Origin: Zootoca vivipara
Lineage: Eukaryota
Direction of reading: 5' to 3'
DNA: 64,000 nucleotides
Assembly: GCF_963506605.1 (NCBI RefSeq)
Contig: NC_083289.1
Location: forward strand, 54,064,001 to 54,128,000
In this document: positions 18,951 through 32,123 of the stretch, piece after piece
How positions within the stretch are numbered: the stretch's first letter is position 1
Layout: each line of letters begins with the position of its first letter
Notes under the pieces: model-generated
The model's database searches: none
Told to the model about the DNA's origin: nothing
Seen by the model: only the letters and a program-made list of their open reading frames with translations
Made by a program: the position numbers and the translations under genes

Positions 18951-21900
18951 TCTCGCGTGTGCGCCTTGACTCAGCGCCCACTGCTTCCTCTGCCTTGGGG
19001 AGAACCAGCACCCCTCCCCCAGCGGATTCCTTTCCTTTTAGGGTCGGTCACCCGAACCTCCACTTCTTGCCCATCTTAGACTTGATCTTGTTGCGTGAGG
19101 GGCTGAGCATGGGGTGCAGGGGGTTGGCATGGCACACCCTGCCCCGTCCCCTATCCCTGCCTATCGCACCTTTGTTTGTCAGTCACTGCGCTGTGCACTC
19201 CGCAAACAGGCAGGTGCCTGGCGCCCTGGTCCCCGCAGGCCAATCCCCTGGGCTTGCCGGCTCAGCCCTTTCAGGAAATGCCAGTCCTTGTGGCAGGCTG
19301 TGTGCTTGGCAGAGCTGCCTCCTCCCCATGACCTCCTTTCCTGAACTCCCCTTGACCTTGCTGCAGGGCAAGCTTGGGCAAGGCAAGACCTTCCTGGCCC
19401 TCAGGGGGAAGGGGCAAGCACCAGGCCAGCTTCTATTGCCTGGAGGCCAGAGAGGATCCCGTGGCTTTGGACAAGCCCCCTGCCAGCTCCTTGTGGGAAG
19501 CCAGAGGCATGGGGGGGCACTGCCCGCCCCTTCATGCTGCTGCACTTGGCAGAGACTGGCGGGGGGGGGGGGGCTGGCTGCTGATCCGCCTGTGGTGGGA
19601 AGCACTACCTGCCCAAGGCTGGCTGAGCCAGAATTCTTTCCCCTGCCCATTTCCTGACCGCCTGCCCCCCTCCTCCCCCCGCAGACCGGTCCTTAGTGGC
19701 GGAGTATTTCGTCCAGGGTGCCCAGAAACTCTCCTTCTACAGCTGGTATGCCAATGCCAGGCTCTTCCGCTTCCGCGTGCCAGAGGATACCGTCCAGCTG
19801 CGCTGGCTCCTTCAGGCGGCCCAGGGAAGGGGTCCCGACTGCGGCAGCACAAACGTCACCATGTACGTAGCTACCTCCCCCTTCTCCCCGGGGAGCTCAG
19901 CCTGCCGGCTTCCTCCTGGAAAGAGGGTGGCCGCCTCCCCTCCTTCTGCCCCACTGACCTGTGTGTCTCCTGCTGACTTCCAGCCACTTCCGCCATGGTG
20001 CCCCTCCTGTTATCAACCCCCTGGGCACGCAGTTCCCAGCCAACACAAGCGTCCGCCTCGCCTACAATCTGACCACGACTCTGGCCACTCTGGTGCAGAA
20101 CACCACCTTTGTCAATGTCACAGGGCCTGCCGCAGGCGACTGGTTCATGGTGGCCCACCTGCCCAAGGCTGCAGAGAGGATTGAGGTGAAGGTGAGAGCA
20201 GGGGGCCTGCTTGGTTGGAGTCTGGGGGGTGGGGGTGGGAGGATCCTGCAGCTGCTGCATTGGGACTTTGCTGGCAGTTTCTGGACGATCTTCTGCTGTG
20301 CCCGGGGCTGCAGGCGGAGGCCCCTGAATGTCCTCTTGTGCCGAGTGTGGCCTCCTCCTGCCAGCCACGGTGGTCCAGGAGGCTGGCCGTGATGCGTCCC
20401 TCCCTCCCTGCAGGGCATCTCAACGCCATGCACCTACAGTTTCCAGCCGGACATGTTTGTGCTGCGCGTCATCGACACGCTGATTCTTGAGCCCGACACT
20501 CCTGTGCAGCAGTCCATTGCCCAGCCCGCCAGGCCCCTTCATGCCAAGTGAGTGCCCCCCATCTCCCTGGGCACCAAATCCTGGTGCTGGTGGGCCTGCC
20601 ATGTGCTGGCCAGCTAGAGTCAGCCGCTCCTCCCTCTCTATCCTTCTTCCCCCTGCAGGGTCTTTGTCCCCGGCTACAGTGCCGTGCTGCACTTTGAGCT
20701 GAGCGGCTGCAAGGTGAACACTTCCAGCCCCTGCGCCCTCCGTGTCACGCTGGGCTCTGCCACGCTGCCTTTGCGCTCCCAGAAGGTGCTCAACTGCTCC
20801 GGGGACTGCAGCGGCGTCCTCGCTTCGCCACCGTGGGAGAAGTGGCTGCCCATCACGGTGGAAAGCCTCAGCGGCCCTGGGACCAAGGTCTCCTTTCAGC
20901 TGAAGGCCTCCTTCACAGGTGTGTGCCAGCTGCAAGAGGGGAGGGGCAAAGGTGGGGTGCCAAGCTGTGTCAGCTCGCCAGTGCCTGAGTCTCTGCTGCG
21001 GATGCCCCAGCTGTGGGTCAGGAGGTGGGTTGCCCTGCCCTGCTGCCTTCTTGTCCTGAGGCCCTCGCTGACCCTGTGCCGTATCCTTTGCAGTATGCCA
21101 GCCTGACAGGGCCAGCTCCTTCCTCAGCTTCTACCAGAGCCTGAACCGGAGCCAGGAGGCACCTTTGCCAGGAGGAAGCCCCAACGCCACCCTTGGCCAA
21201 AGCAGCCCCTGCCTGCGCAACCAGCCTGTCATCCGCGAAGACCTGGACGTGGTGTCTCTGCATTTCCGTGTCCTTGGGGACGTTGGTGTGCCTGTCCAGG
21301 CCGAGCCCCCGGCTTTGCTTCTCTTCAACCTGAACTCGGGCATGGACAGCGGGGGGACGCTGGTGCTGAATCTGGCCCTTAACCAGGTAAGAGGGTTGAC
21401 CTGGCACTGCCCCTCTTGGGGCACTGAAGCCTGACTGCTAGGGGAGAGGTGCCAGCTGAGTTTCTTTCCTGCTTTGTCCTTGCAGACTGACTGGAGCCTT
21501 GGGAATGCCTCGGTGTGGGCCTGCTTGAGTGCCAGCTCCCCTGTGCTCTCTGCGAACGCCACGAGGGGCTGCCACACAGGTACATGGCACAGCAGGTCCT
21601 TGCTCGCAGCAACGACCGGTGCTGGGGGTGGGAATGCCCGGGACAAAGTGCTTCTCTGCTTGTTGCACCCGAGCCCTGGGAGGGCACTGAAACTGGCAGG
21701 CTGGGCGCTGGTTGCTGACGGAGTTTGGGCACTAACAGCAGGCCTGCCTCTCTTCTCTGCCCCACAGCTTTCTCCCAAGGCTACCCGCTGAACGTGTCCA
21801 CCTCTTCTCCAGATGCTACACTCATCATCCCGTACCCAGAAACGGACAACTGGTTCCTGTCCCTGCAGCTCCTCTGTCCGGAGGCTGTGGGGTGAGTCCT

Positions 21901-24630
21901 GTCACTCTGGTGGTGCCAGCAGTAGTGGTGGCAGCAAGGCCTCTGGGGCCAAGGTTCCTGAGCACCTCTCAGGCAGGGGTTTCTGCTGCCTGGTACTCCC
22001 CTTGCCTTGGGCCTCTTTGCCTTTGTGGGTTGGTGCCAGGAGGGCTCAGTGTCCTTGAGTGGCACATGGGTGCTCTCTCTCTCTCTGCAGGGAATGTGAC
22101 AAAGCCAAAGCCCGGGTGTCTATTGTGACCTACCTCAGCCCCTGCTTCGATAACTGTGGGACGTATGGGCAGTGTAGCCTCCTGGGACGCAGTTACCCTT
22201 ATGCCGGGTGCAGCTGCAAAGCGGGTAAGAGCTTTTCTGGACTGCCTGGGGCCAAGGCCACCAGGGCCTGTCCCTCCTCTACCCTCCTTTCCTCCTCTTT
22301 GGCTTCCTTCCCTGGGCAGGGCTAGCCTGACCATAATCAGCATCTGTTCTCCTCAAACCTCTCATGCCCCAAGCCCAGAGTGAAAAGGCCGCAGGGTGGT
22401 ATCCTGCACAGCAACCAGCCTCTTAGAAAGTGAGCCTAGCTGGAGGGGGCCCATCCTGGGGGCTCTGGGGGATGCTGCGCAAGGTGGCAGCCTTAAGGAT
22501 GGGCCCTCCGCTCCCCACCTGGGGCAGAGGCTGCATTGGCGCGATGCTCCTGACAGGTAACGCTGCCTCCCCTGGCAGGCTGGAGTGGCTGGAGCTGCAC
22601 GGAAGACACCAAGGCCCAGCCTGTCGGCACACAGATCCTGGCCACGCTCCTGCTGACGCTCAGCAACCTCTTCTTCCTGCCGGCGATCGCTGTTGCACTT
22701 TACCACTACCACTTGGTGGAAGCCTCCGTTTACACCTTCAACATGTTCTTCTCCACCGTACGTCCAGGCTTCCCCTTCAGTGGGATGGGTGCTGAGCGGG
22801 ATCCCAGCCGCCTGTTGGGGTGGGGCAAGGCCCGAGCAGGCCCTTCTCTGGGGGGCACGGCAGGCAGGCAAGCCAGCCCAACCCTCCACTTTCTCTGCTT
22901 GCCTCATTCTGGTAGTGGGGCGGCTGGGGGAAAGCGGAGGGCTCCTTGATCCTGGTTCAGTGCCCCTTGCACTGCCCTGTGGCATCCTCAGGCTGCTGCT
23001 CTGGCCATGTGCCCAGTGGGGCTTTGGCACCTCCAGACTTTGGGCTCAGGTGGCAAAGAGCTGCAGTGGGAGTGGGGCCTTCTGACCGGCACCTTTTCTC
23101 TCCTCTGTGGCCACAGTTCTACCATGCCTGTGACCAGCCCGGCGTTGCAGTGATGTGCATCATGGATTATGACACACTGCAGTTCTGCGACTTCTTTGGC
23201 TCTGTGGTCTCCATCTGGGTGACCGTCCTGTGCATGGCTCGACTGGAGAAGACCCTGAAATATGTACGTTGGGGGCAAGCCAGCAGGTGGGGTACTGCAT
23301 GGGAGGGGGCTGTTGTTGGCAGCGAGCCCCTCTAAAGCCAGGGCAGGCCCAGTCCTGAGCTCACACCTTGAGTGTCGCCAGCACGACTTCCCCTCGGGCG
23401 GGAGGCACTGAATAAGAAACAAAATGGATGCAAGAAAATGAACGCTATGTATTTTTGCCCTGTGTATTTTGCGGGTTTCCCATCCTGGTGTTGCCAGGTG
23501 GACTGAGAGCCAGAGTTGGGCCAGAGAGGCAGGCAGGCAGGCTTCCCGTCTTCCTGGGCCTCCGCTGCTGTTTCTCATTGAAAAGCAAGGGTGTCACTGG
23601 ATGTTAGAAAAGGTAAAGATGCCAGCAGTATGGCCAAATGTCCCAAAGGCGGAAGGGGCTGCATGAGGACTCAAGGCACCATTTCGCCAAAAGGCAGAAT
23701 GCAGAGTTCAGAAATGAACTATCCCAGCAAGATTTTGTGGCTGGGACCTCCTGTCTTTGCCCCTGGCATCCTGAAGTGATACCAGCAGGTGAGCTGGAGC
23801 GGCCCGGGCTGCCTTCCTCATCCACCAGCCACAGACTCCCAAGGAGGTTCCAAGAACAGCTCTGACTTCTCCTCTCCTTCCTTGCAGGTCCTCTGTGTGA
23901 TGGGGACCCTGTTCATCGCCATGTCACTGCAGCTGGACCGCCGAGGGGTTTGGAACATGATGGGGCCCTGCCTTGTTGCCCTCCTCATCATGATTGCCGC
24001 TTGGGTAGGTGGCTCCTTCTATGACCCCTTATGGATCGAGTCTTGAGCATCTCCTGGCTCAGGTTGCAGCTCTTAGCAGTGGGCTGGGCGGAACCTGCAG
24101 CAGGTATTTTACCTTTAAGGTGTAGGCTTCCCCCGCCCTTAACTTCATCACCCATCAAGCGCTTTTGGAGCGCAGCCAGCTGAGGAAAGACCCAGCTGAC
24201 TCCTCCCAGAGCCTTGGGCTGGGTGGGTGGGTACGCCTGGTCTCCGTGGATGGGCAGAGCCCACATCTAGAGACCCTCTGGCTGTCCTCTGCCCTACCTG
24301 GGATGGCTCATAACCCCCGACCTCCTCCTGCAGGTTCACCGTGGCGTGACACGGCGCGACTGCTACCCGCCCTCCTGGAAGCGCTGGGCTTTCTTCCTCT
24401 GCCCTGGGATCACCCTGGCTGTGGTGGCAATTCTGGTTTATGCCTTCATTCAGACCAAAGAGAACTATTTCTACACCCACAGCATCTGGCACATCCTGGT
24501 GGCCTCCAGTGTGGCCTTCCTCCTCCCACCCGGAGACAAGCTCCAGAATCCGTGGGACTGGCCCCGCAAGCTGCTCTGCCGCTACCAGATTTGCAAGAAC
24601 GACCGCGAGGAGCTCTATGCGGTGACGTGA
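17972..24630 (+). CDS. PGAP6: Post-GPI attachment to proteins factor 6 (TMEM8A), 755 aa, 13 exons
   Basis: Exons 17972-18074, 19685-19862, 19984-20191, 20414-20547, 20659-20918, 21094-21386, 21486-21579, 21768-21891, 22091-22224, 22579-22757, 23117-23263, 23888-24004, 24334-24630 (2268 nt; all GT-AG, phases consistent). Signal peptide MASGPLVLALLVLL; motifs LSFYSWY, GAPPVINPLG, EGF-like CFDNCGTYGQC..CSCKAGWSGWSC, TLSNL, FYHACDQPG, YTHSIWH; C-terminus YQICKNDREELYAVT. Confidence 0.96.
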
Positions 24631-25921
24631 CGGACTGAGAGGGGGCGGGCTCTCATGAGGCGAGGCTCTGGCCCCAAGTGTCTCCCTCCACGCTTCCGGG
24701 TCGGGGCCACCCATCCTGCAGGAGAGACCATCACGCTGGCTGGGTGAAGAACAGGGAGCTGCGAGGGTCCACAAGACAGACAGCTCACTGGTCTTCATCC
24801 TAACCTGAGAGGTCGCTCCCTCATGGAGCAGGTCTCTCCTCCAGTGGAACCAGCAGCGCTTTCTGGAGCCTTCAGGTGCATCACCGCAGCCTGCTTTCAT
24901 TGAATCTGCGTGGCTGGGAACTGGGAAGCAGGCAGTCCTGCAATGCTGGGAGTGGGGCTGGAGTGACAACGAGAGTCCAGTGTTTGTAGCGTGGTGGGCG
25001 ATCCCAAGACAGGAGGCTGGTGTGCAGCTCTTGGCACCCTCACTCCAGTTAGTGTGGGTTGCTCAAACCCAGGAAGGGTGTGTGAATGAATGAATGCCTG
25101 GGACAGGAGGAGAGGCGTCCTTGCTGGCCATGGTTGGAGGTACCATGTATTGCTCAGGGAGGTGCCAAGTTTCTCTGTCCTGAACTAAAAAGCTGAGCTG
25201 GAGCAGCCCAGTTCTGTTCCCCTGCCTGTGGGTGCCAAGCGAGCTCTGCCGCTCACTGCCAGGCCTGACTTGGTCATGTGATATTGCTGAATGAAAACCT
25301 CATGGCACTGTTGCCATTCAGCGGTGCGCATCCACCAGCCAGGTGGTTTAAGATTCTTCAACTGCTGGTGGGCTTTGGACTTGGGTGCAAGCAGGGGGAT
25401 CCTGTTCTTGCATCTTTCTCTCCCCCACTTTGGGGCTGTTCCCCGTTTTGGGGGAGCCACAATGAATGTAAAAGCCCTCAGCCAAATGACTGAGCTCTTT
25501 GCAGTCCAGGAGCTCTTAGTCCTCGTGGGCAGGCAAGAGCCCAGCACTGTTTGCTCACCCGTCTTCTGGCTCTTGCAGCTGGCACTGCTGGGCCAGGATG
25601 AGACCCTTTTGCAAATGCAGACACAAGTGGAAGAGCCAGGAACTCCAGAGTGTTCTTTTAGCGCAATAACACACACTCCTGTTTCAAGGTCCTTAATTTG
25701 GGGTGTTTATTTATTTTTTCTTCCCCGTAGTCACTGCAGGGGATGGAAGGGACACTAATCTTAAATGGGAAAATGGTTATTTTGTTGATTACCTCAGGAA
25801 GAACTTCAGCAACTGCAGTTCAGAAAGTTCTGTTAGTACCTTGTTAACTTAATGTTATAATACTTTGCCTTTTGGAAGCTGTTTAAATCATTTTAAGCTG
25901 TTTAAACTGTCATTTCGTTCA

Positions 25922-25983
25922 ATTAAAAGTCATGCACACTGTGCTCCTTTGCCTTTGGTGCTTACTTCCAGCAATCTAATAAA
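25922..25983 (+). terminator. Candidate PGAP6 polyadenylation signals
   Basis: ATTAAA at 25922-25927 and AATAAA at 25978-25983, after an AT-rich 3'UTR end. Confidence 0.55.
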
Positions 25984-26897
25984 AAGTGCAGGGAGTGCGC
26001 CTGACAACCCTTGGAGCAGAAGCAGGAGGCACCCTTCCCCCCCCCCGCCCCACAGCAGACTGGGCAGCCTCCACTTTGGGACTCTTACCTCGACCTTGGA
26101 AGAGCTGCCTTCTGCTGTGTGGGGTGATGGCTGGCCAGCCACACAAAGTTTGCTCAGAGATGAGGGGGCTTCTTGCTTCAATTCTCTGTGTGCCACTTAC
26201 TTCATCAAAGGTCCAGAGGGTGGCAACATGATCATGGGGCCTTTTCTGCAGTGACTGCCTGCTGTAGGATGCTCTCCTTGGAGAGCCTCGCACGGCGCCT
26301 TTATTACATATCTTTAGGCGCCAGAAACTTAACTAAACAATTTAGAAGAGTTTGGATTTGATATCCCGCTTTATCTGTGAGGTGAGTGGGGCTGAGAGAC
26401 TTCAGAGCAGTGTGACTAGCCCAAGGTCACCCAGCAGCTGCTTGTGGAGGAGCGGGGAAGCGAATCTACTGCTCCTAACCACTACACCACACTGGCTCTC
26501 AAGGTTTAGTAGAGGGGGGGGTTGTCTTTTCCCCTCCCCTTTTCCCATTATTATATTATGCATTTTGTGTTTTATGCTGTAACCTACCCTGTGGTCTTTT
26601 GATGAAGGGCAGTGTATGGTTGGTTGGTTGGATCCATCTGTCTCAGGGGACTGTGCCCTTGGGGGCGAAGGCAAACTCTTGGAAGGTTGCAGTGCTTGCT
26701 GTGGCTGTAGAGACCTGTGAGGTGACGAGACCGATACAGGAGAGACATGTTTTATTGCAGCAGGGGCAGGTGAAGACATCCAGTTGTGCTGCACCATGGT
26801 GTTTCTTATCTCTGTGCTCCTCCCAGTGGTTATTCCTCCTCTGGTCACTGCTATGGATGCACAATCTGACTGCCTCCAGGCACTGTGGTCGTAGTAG

Positions 26898-27278
26898 GGA
26901 GCGGGTGCTGCTGCTGTGGTCTAAACCACTGAGCCACTTGGGCTTGCCAATCGGAAGGTCGGTGGTTTGAATCTGGGGGTGAGCTCCCATTGCTCTGTCC
27001 CAGCTTCTGCCAATCTAGCAGTTTGAAAGCACACCAGTGCAAGTAGATAAACAGGTACCGCTGCGGTGGGAAGGTAAATGGCGTTTCCGTGTGCTCTCCA
27101 TTGACAGCCCTCCATTGTGCCAGAAGCGGTTTGGTCATGGTGGCCTGGCCACATGACCCGGAAAGCTGTCTGCGGACAAACGCTGGCTCCTTTGGCCTGA
27201 AAAGCGAGAGGAGCACCGCAACCCCAGAGTCGCCTTTGACTGGACTTAACCGCCCAGGGATCATTGACCCTTTTTACT
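26898..27278 (+). mobile_element. Sauria SINE
   Basis: GCTGTGGTCTAAACCACTGAGC...CTAGCAGTTTGAAAGCAC...GCAAGTAGATAAACAGGTACCGC...CACATGACCCGGAAAGCTGTCT. Matches the copy at 50078. Confidence 0.85.
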
Positions 27279-27279
27279 G

Positions 27280-27545
27280 TGGTTGCCTGCAAGGAATTGC
27301 CACACGGCAGCATTGATGTCGGCCAGCCTTCATGTCCCATTTGCAGACATCTTTGTAACACAGCGTTGGCCTGGTGCGTGAAGCCAGCTCCCAAAAGAGC
27401 ACATCCTTGGGGATCCTGCCATCTTCCAGTCCGTGGATATGGCCAAGCCAGCGTAGATGTTGCTGAGACAGGAGTGCAAACATGCTGGGAATGTGGGCTT
27501 GGGAGAGCACATCTGTCCTGCCATGTGATACCCAATTTCCCTGAC
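27280..27545 (-). mobile_element. Old RTE-clade LINE fragment
   Basis: IPSMFALLSQQHLRWLGHIHGLEDGRIPKDVLFWEL resembles the RTE C-terminus. Confidence 0.7.
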
Positions 27546-27659
27546 GCAGCACATAAATTTAATAAATAATAATAATAATAACAATAGATTAATACACCCT
27601 AATGATAAGAGGGTTAGTGACCCCATTCCCTGCTTCAGTCCGCCTCCCGTGGTTGTTGT

Positions 27660-28140
27660 ACGAGGGGAAGAGGGCGCGGGGGGAGAAGCGCAGCACCCGC
27701 GCCCGCCTGGAGCCCCTGGGGAAAGCGGGGCGCTGTGGGGGCGAAGCCGAAGCAAGGAGAAGGCCTGGTCGCCCCGACTCCCGCGCGCGGCCTTGTCGAG
27801 CGAAGCCCCCTCGGATCCTCGCGAGGCGCCGCGGGCCCGCTGCCATGGTAACGGCGGAACTCTCGGAAACGCGGCGCTCTCGCTTCCCTTAGGTCACGCC
27901 CTCAGCGGCGCTCTGCTCCAATGAGAAGGAAGCAGGAAGAACATCCTTCTTTCCTCCCCGTCTCGCGGCCGCGCTTTGCTTCCGGGTCGGCGGTGCCCTG
28001 CGCCTGCGCGAGACCGCTTCTTGACCTTTGCCCTCGCTTTGGCGGAAGGAGCTTGCGCCATGGCTCGGCGGGCGCAGACGGAGGCCTAGGGGACGCCCGA
28101 CCGACTGACCGGCAGCCCTCCTTCGCTCTCTCGCCCTCTC
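27660..28140 (+). promoter_or_regulatory. MRPL28 CpG-island promoter with RFX-like, ETS/GABP and NRF1 motifs
   Basis: GCTGCCATGGTAAC at 27839-27852, CTTCCGG at 27979-27985, TGCGCCTGCGC at 27999-28009. An acceptor at 28147 implies a non-coding first exon in this region. Confidence 0.65.
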
Positions 28141-28158
28141 GGTTCAGCCGGCGGCGGG

Positions 28159-30738
28159 ATGCCTCTGCACAAGATCCCTCCGCGGCTGTGGGACGCGCTG
28201 AAGCTGCAGAAGGGCATCTACGCGCGCCTGCCGGCCCACTACCTCCGCGCGCTGAAGGAGGAGACCGCGGCGCCGCCCGTCGCCGTCCACTGGAAGCCCC
28301 GCGGCGTCCAGCACGCGCGGAACCGCAAGACCGGCCAGCGGGAGCGCGTGCAGGACGTGCCCGTGCCTGTCTACTTCCCTCCCGAGAGCCAGCAGGGCCT
28401 GTGGGGCGGCGAGGGCCTGGTGTGCGGCTGGCGCTACGCCAAGGGAGACAAGGTGCGCAGCCGGGGCCCAGGGGGCGGGGCGGGGCGGGCGGACCCCGGC
28501 TCGGGGGAAGGTCGGGGGCGCATGCCTCGCACGGCGGAGGAGGCGCCTGGCTCCAGGATCCGGGGAGCCGCTGCTGCCGGTCAGTAGAAGCGACGCCCAG
28601 TGGGGCCTCCCATTCAGTCTAAGCTGTCCCTTCCCAGCTGCCAGGATCTTGGCTGCACCTGCTCTTCCTTGTGTCCACAGCTTGCCGCCAGGGTAAAGAA
28701 GACCTGGAAGCCGCAGCTCTTCTATCGAACTCTCTACAGTGAGATCCTGGATAAGACGCTGACGATTACAGTCACTATGCGGACGATGGACCAGATTGAT
28801 GCCGCCTATGGCTTTGATTATTACATCTTAAAGGTAGGTTTGTGGTGATAGCTTGACAGGCTGTTCTGTCTGCAAGCGTGGGAAAGTCAATATGACAGCT
28901 ATCAGATGGATACTTCATGATGGCTGTGAACGGTGTGGCATGAAGCAGCCTTTGTGGGCCACATCCCAGAGCTCTCCTTTGAGTGATGCAGGTTCTTCCC
29001 TGAACTATTTGCCAGAAATCATAAGGACTGTAGTCTGCTTGCCCTTGAAGGCCTCTCTTTGCCCTGAACAAATAAGTGGAAACTGTTGACGAGCCGTTGC
29101 ATCTTTCTCTGACCTCACAGACCCCAAAAGCTGAGCTGTGTTCTAAACTGGGCATGGACCTGAAACGCACAATGCTTTTACGACTTGCCCGCCGGGATCC
29201 TTCCCTCCATCCAGATGACCCAGCAAAGAGGGAGGCTATTTACGACAAATACAAGGTGGGTGCCTTCCTTTGCTGCGAGGGCCTGGAGGGGCCCATAAGT
29301 GGTGGCCTTCCCGTGGGAATGCTGCAGTACCATTTCAGTTCCCTCTCAGTTCAGTTTGGTCCAGGGAGCTATTGTAGTGGGTGAAGAGGCACACCTACGA
29401 ATCAGGAAGTCCCAGTTCAGATCTTGCAGTGTTGCTTTAAGGATTACAAATAGAATAATGTCTGTAGAATGCTTTAAATACATAATAGTAAAAATTATTT
29501 CCCCACCCCAAGATGCCCACATTGGTTGGGTGATTGCAGTAGCTAATTTTTTGCTTTTGAGCCAGCATCCACCATAATCTGCAAATCATCATTCTTGTAG
29601 CAACAATAAGGGCTGTAGATTTGTTATGAAAGCTTTCCCCAGCTTTTTCCCCAGCTGTGCTCTATCTCCCAATTCCTAGAATTTGGCTAGAGGGACACAC
29701 GGCGCTGGTGGAAGTTGCATAGTTAGAGGGCATAGAAAGGCCCGTATAACTATCCTTAATATGCCTGCGGATATAATGGGGGTTGTTACTGTCTTTCCAC
29801 CCCTGGTAATGTGGAATCCAGTGGCATCTTGGGAAAGGCTGTAGTGACAAGGGTGATAGAGCCCACATTTGCTTTGTATGCCCTATTATCAGCAGGATAG
29901 GGTTGGGAACCCCTGAAAAGCTGCTAGTCAGTGAACAATATGATGGGCTAGTGGTCTGACAAGGTAGTTTTCAATCTTGCTGTCTTTGCTGTCTCCCAAT
30001 GAGTCTCTGTGCTGAGAGCTAACATGTGTTACCTTTGCATGCAGGAGTTTGTGATCCCAGAGGAAGAGGCAGAATGGGTTGGGCTGAGTTTGGAAGAAGC
30101 TGTGGAAAAGCAGCGACTCCTGGAGAAGAAGGTATGTCTTCACCCTTTGTGTTTGTGGCCCAGTCCCAGTCAAGTATTGTCTCTGAAACATCCACCTATG
30201 ACCCTCGAAGCTGTGTAAAATAACAGTGCTTTATGCTTTTATGCTAAGGTGCAATACATTCCATTGCTAAGGTTTGCTGTTTATGGGACTACATGCAATA
30301 TAGTTTGCTTAGTTACCGAGGGGTGGGAGGCAACTTAGTCAGACTCTGCAGATGCTAGTCTGGCTCCTGTAATCACTTGTATCCAAAATGCTGTGGATTT
30401 CTCTCGAGGGCTGCTGTGATGCTTTGGATTAGCTCACACATAACACTTAAGGCGTGTCTTACTTGGATTATCTGAGCCCAGCCCAGAGGCTTCACTGTGA
30501 AAAAGCCACGTTAGTAAATCTGGGATTATAATCTGTGGTTAACATTGACTGTGGCCTTGTTATAAGGTGCAAACCTAGCCTTTGTGCAATCCGGTCTCTT
30601 CCTCACCGTGTCTTCCCTCCCTGCCCCCAATCTTTCTCTCAGGACCCTGTTCCTTTGTTCAAAGTCTATGCAGAAGAACTGGTGCAGCAGCTCGAAGCAC
30701 AGAAACTGTCTGAATCGGCTGAAGTGCAGAAGGTCTAA
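28159..30738 (+). CDS. MRPL28: Mitochondrial ribosomal protein L28 (bL28m), 254 aa
   Basis: Coding exons 28159-28452, 28681-28833, 29121-29255, 30045-30131, 30643-30738 (765 nt). [11 protein letters not shown]...GLWGGEG...KTWKPQLF...LYSEILD...[24 protein letters not shown]...[18 protein letters not shown]. polyA candidates ATTAAA 30778-30783 and AATAAA 31267-31272. Confidence 0.97.
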
Positions 30739-31879
30739 CAGGAGAATCAAGTGCTGTGAACTTCTCTTTGGGCTCATATTAAACAGACCAAGGGATGGAA
30801 CTTTCCCCCTGATAGAGCTGGATCCAGAATGGTTAAGTATGTGCTCATTGTCTGATACTTGTGGCATAAAGGCTGCTCTGCCCCCTGGACTTGGGAGGGA
30901 CTAAGCTGCCTTGAGTTACCTCCTCACGTTCCATTTACGATGCTTTTGCCGTAAAGAAAAGGAGGAGGCTTTCCTTCATGGCTTCCCAGCTTCTCCTGCA
31001 GGTTGCTGCTCAGTCTCTACACCTGCAGCCACCATGTGGTCCGTGATCCCCAACTTTGAGGCTGGTCGTCATGAGAGCCTTTTGCCACCAGGCTTTGGAG
31101 CACCCTAGAATGCAGCCCGCCTTGGAGTCCTCGTACACCCTCAGGTCTGCAGGGCCAGACAGCAACATTTGCAGCAGAATAGAAAAGCAGTCGGCTGACT
31201 TCTCTTGAGGAATAAGCCACATCCTGTAACCTTAATTAAGATCCAAAGCACAGCAGGAAAGAAAAGAATAAATGGCTTGTGAAATATTATTGAAACAGTG
31301 TAGTTGTTCTTTTTAGCTGGAGTAAGAAACCAAAGAAACCAAAGGGACAAAAGCTGGAGCGTTAGGAACTGGCTTCCTGCCTCCCCAGCTTCTGCTTTGA
31401 TCTACCTGGATGCTGTGTGGCAGACCTCTGAGCCCCTGTGTCCCTGCTTTCTGGAATGTCCCTCAAGCCCAGTTAAGGCACATGCCTACCAGGACATGGT
31501 CTGGCTGTTTTGATGTGTAGAAGGAACACAAGCCCATTTGCCCTCCCAGGCATAGACCAGGAAAGTGGCAGCAGCAGCAGCAGCCACTGGGAGAGGCAGC
31601 CTGGGCAGCATCAAGGGGTGGGGGCACGGCAGCTTTGTTTACATAGAGCAGCAAGAATTTCTGTATGCAAGCATCTGTTCCTGTCCTGAAGTCATCTGAG
31701 TTCAGCTTTAGTTGCCAAGTATCCTATGGCTCCTTAGTTTTAAATGAAAGAGTCACCTTGATGAGTCAGGCTGCAGTGTAATGGCCCTCATTTATTTATT
31801 TTAAAATTATACACCCCACTTTTCACCATTTATAGGGTGCAAAGTCGCTTACAGGATAAAACACACAGTATACAAAAAT

Positions 31880-31955
31880 GAAGACAGGAGTGCCTGGCAT
31901 GCTCTGGTCCATGGGGTCACGAAGAGTCAGCCACGACTAAATGACTAAACAACAA
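31880..31955 (+). mobile_element. BovB 3' terminal fragment
   Basis: GAAGACAGGAGTGCCTGGCATGCTCTGGTCCATGGGGTCACGAAGAGTC...AAACAACAA. Confidence 0.8.
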
Positions 31956-32044
31956 ATACAAAATTAAAAATGTTAAAATTTAAAATCTAAAGAATTTAAA
32001 TAGCATGTGGGACTGAAAGTTTCTACTTCAAATCTTGCCTTGCA

Positions 32045-32048
<4 letters not shown>

Positions 32049-32122
<74 letters not shown>
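32049..32122. repeat. Compound (TC)n(AC)n microsatellite
   Basis: Read directly from the sequence. Confidence 0.95.

Positions 32123-32123
<1 letters not shown>

Noticed and set aside
17223-19657. Long ORFs (309, 253 and 384 aa) across the PGAP6 CpG island and intron 1
   Set aside because: Low-complexity Pro/Arg/Gly/Ala translations are expected from GC-rich DNA; no recognisable domain.
19863-23269. Three PGAP6 donors share GTACGT
   Set aside because: An ordinary U2 donor variant in a CpG-retaining region; not a U12 signature.
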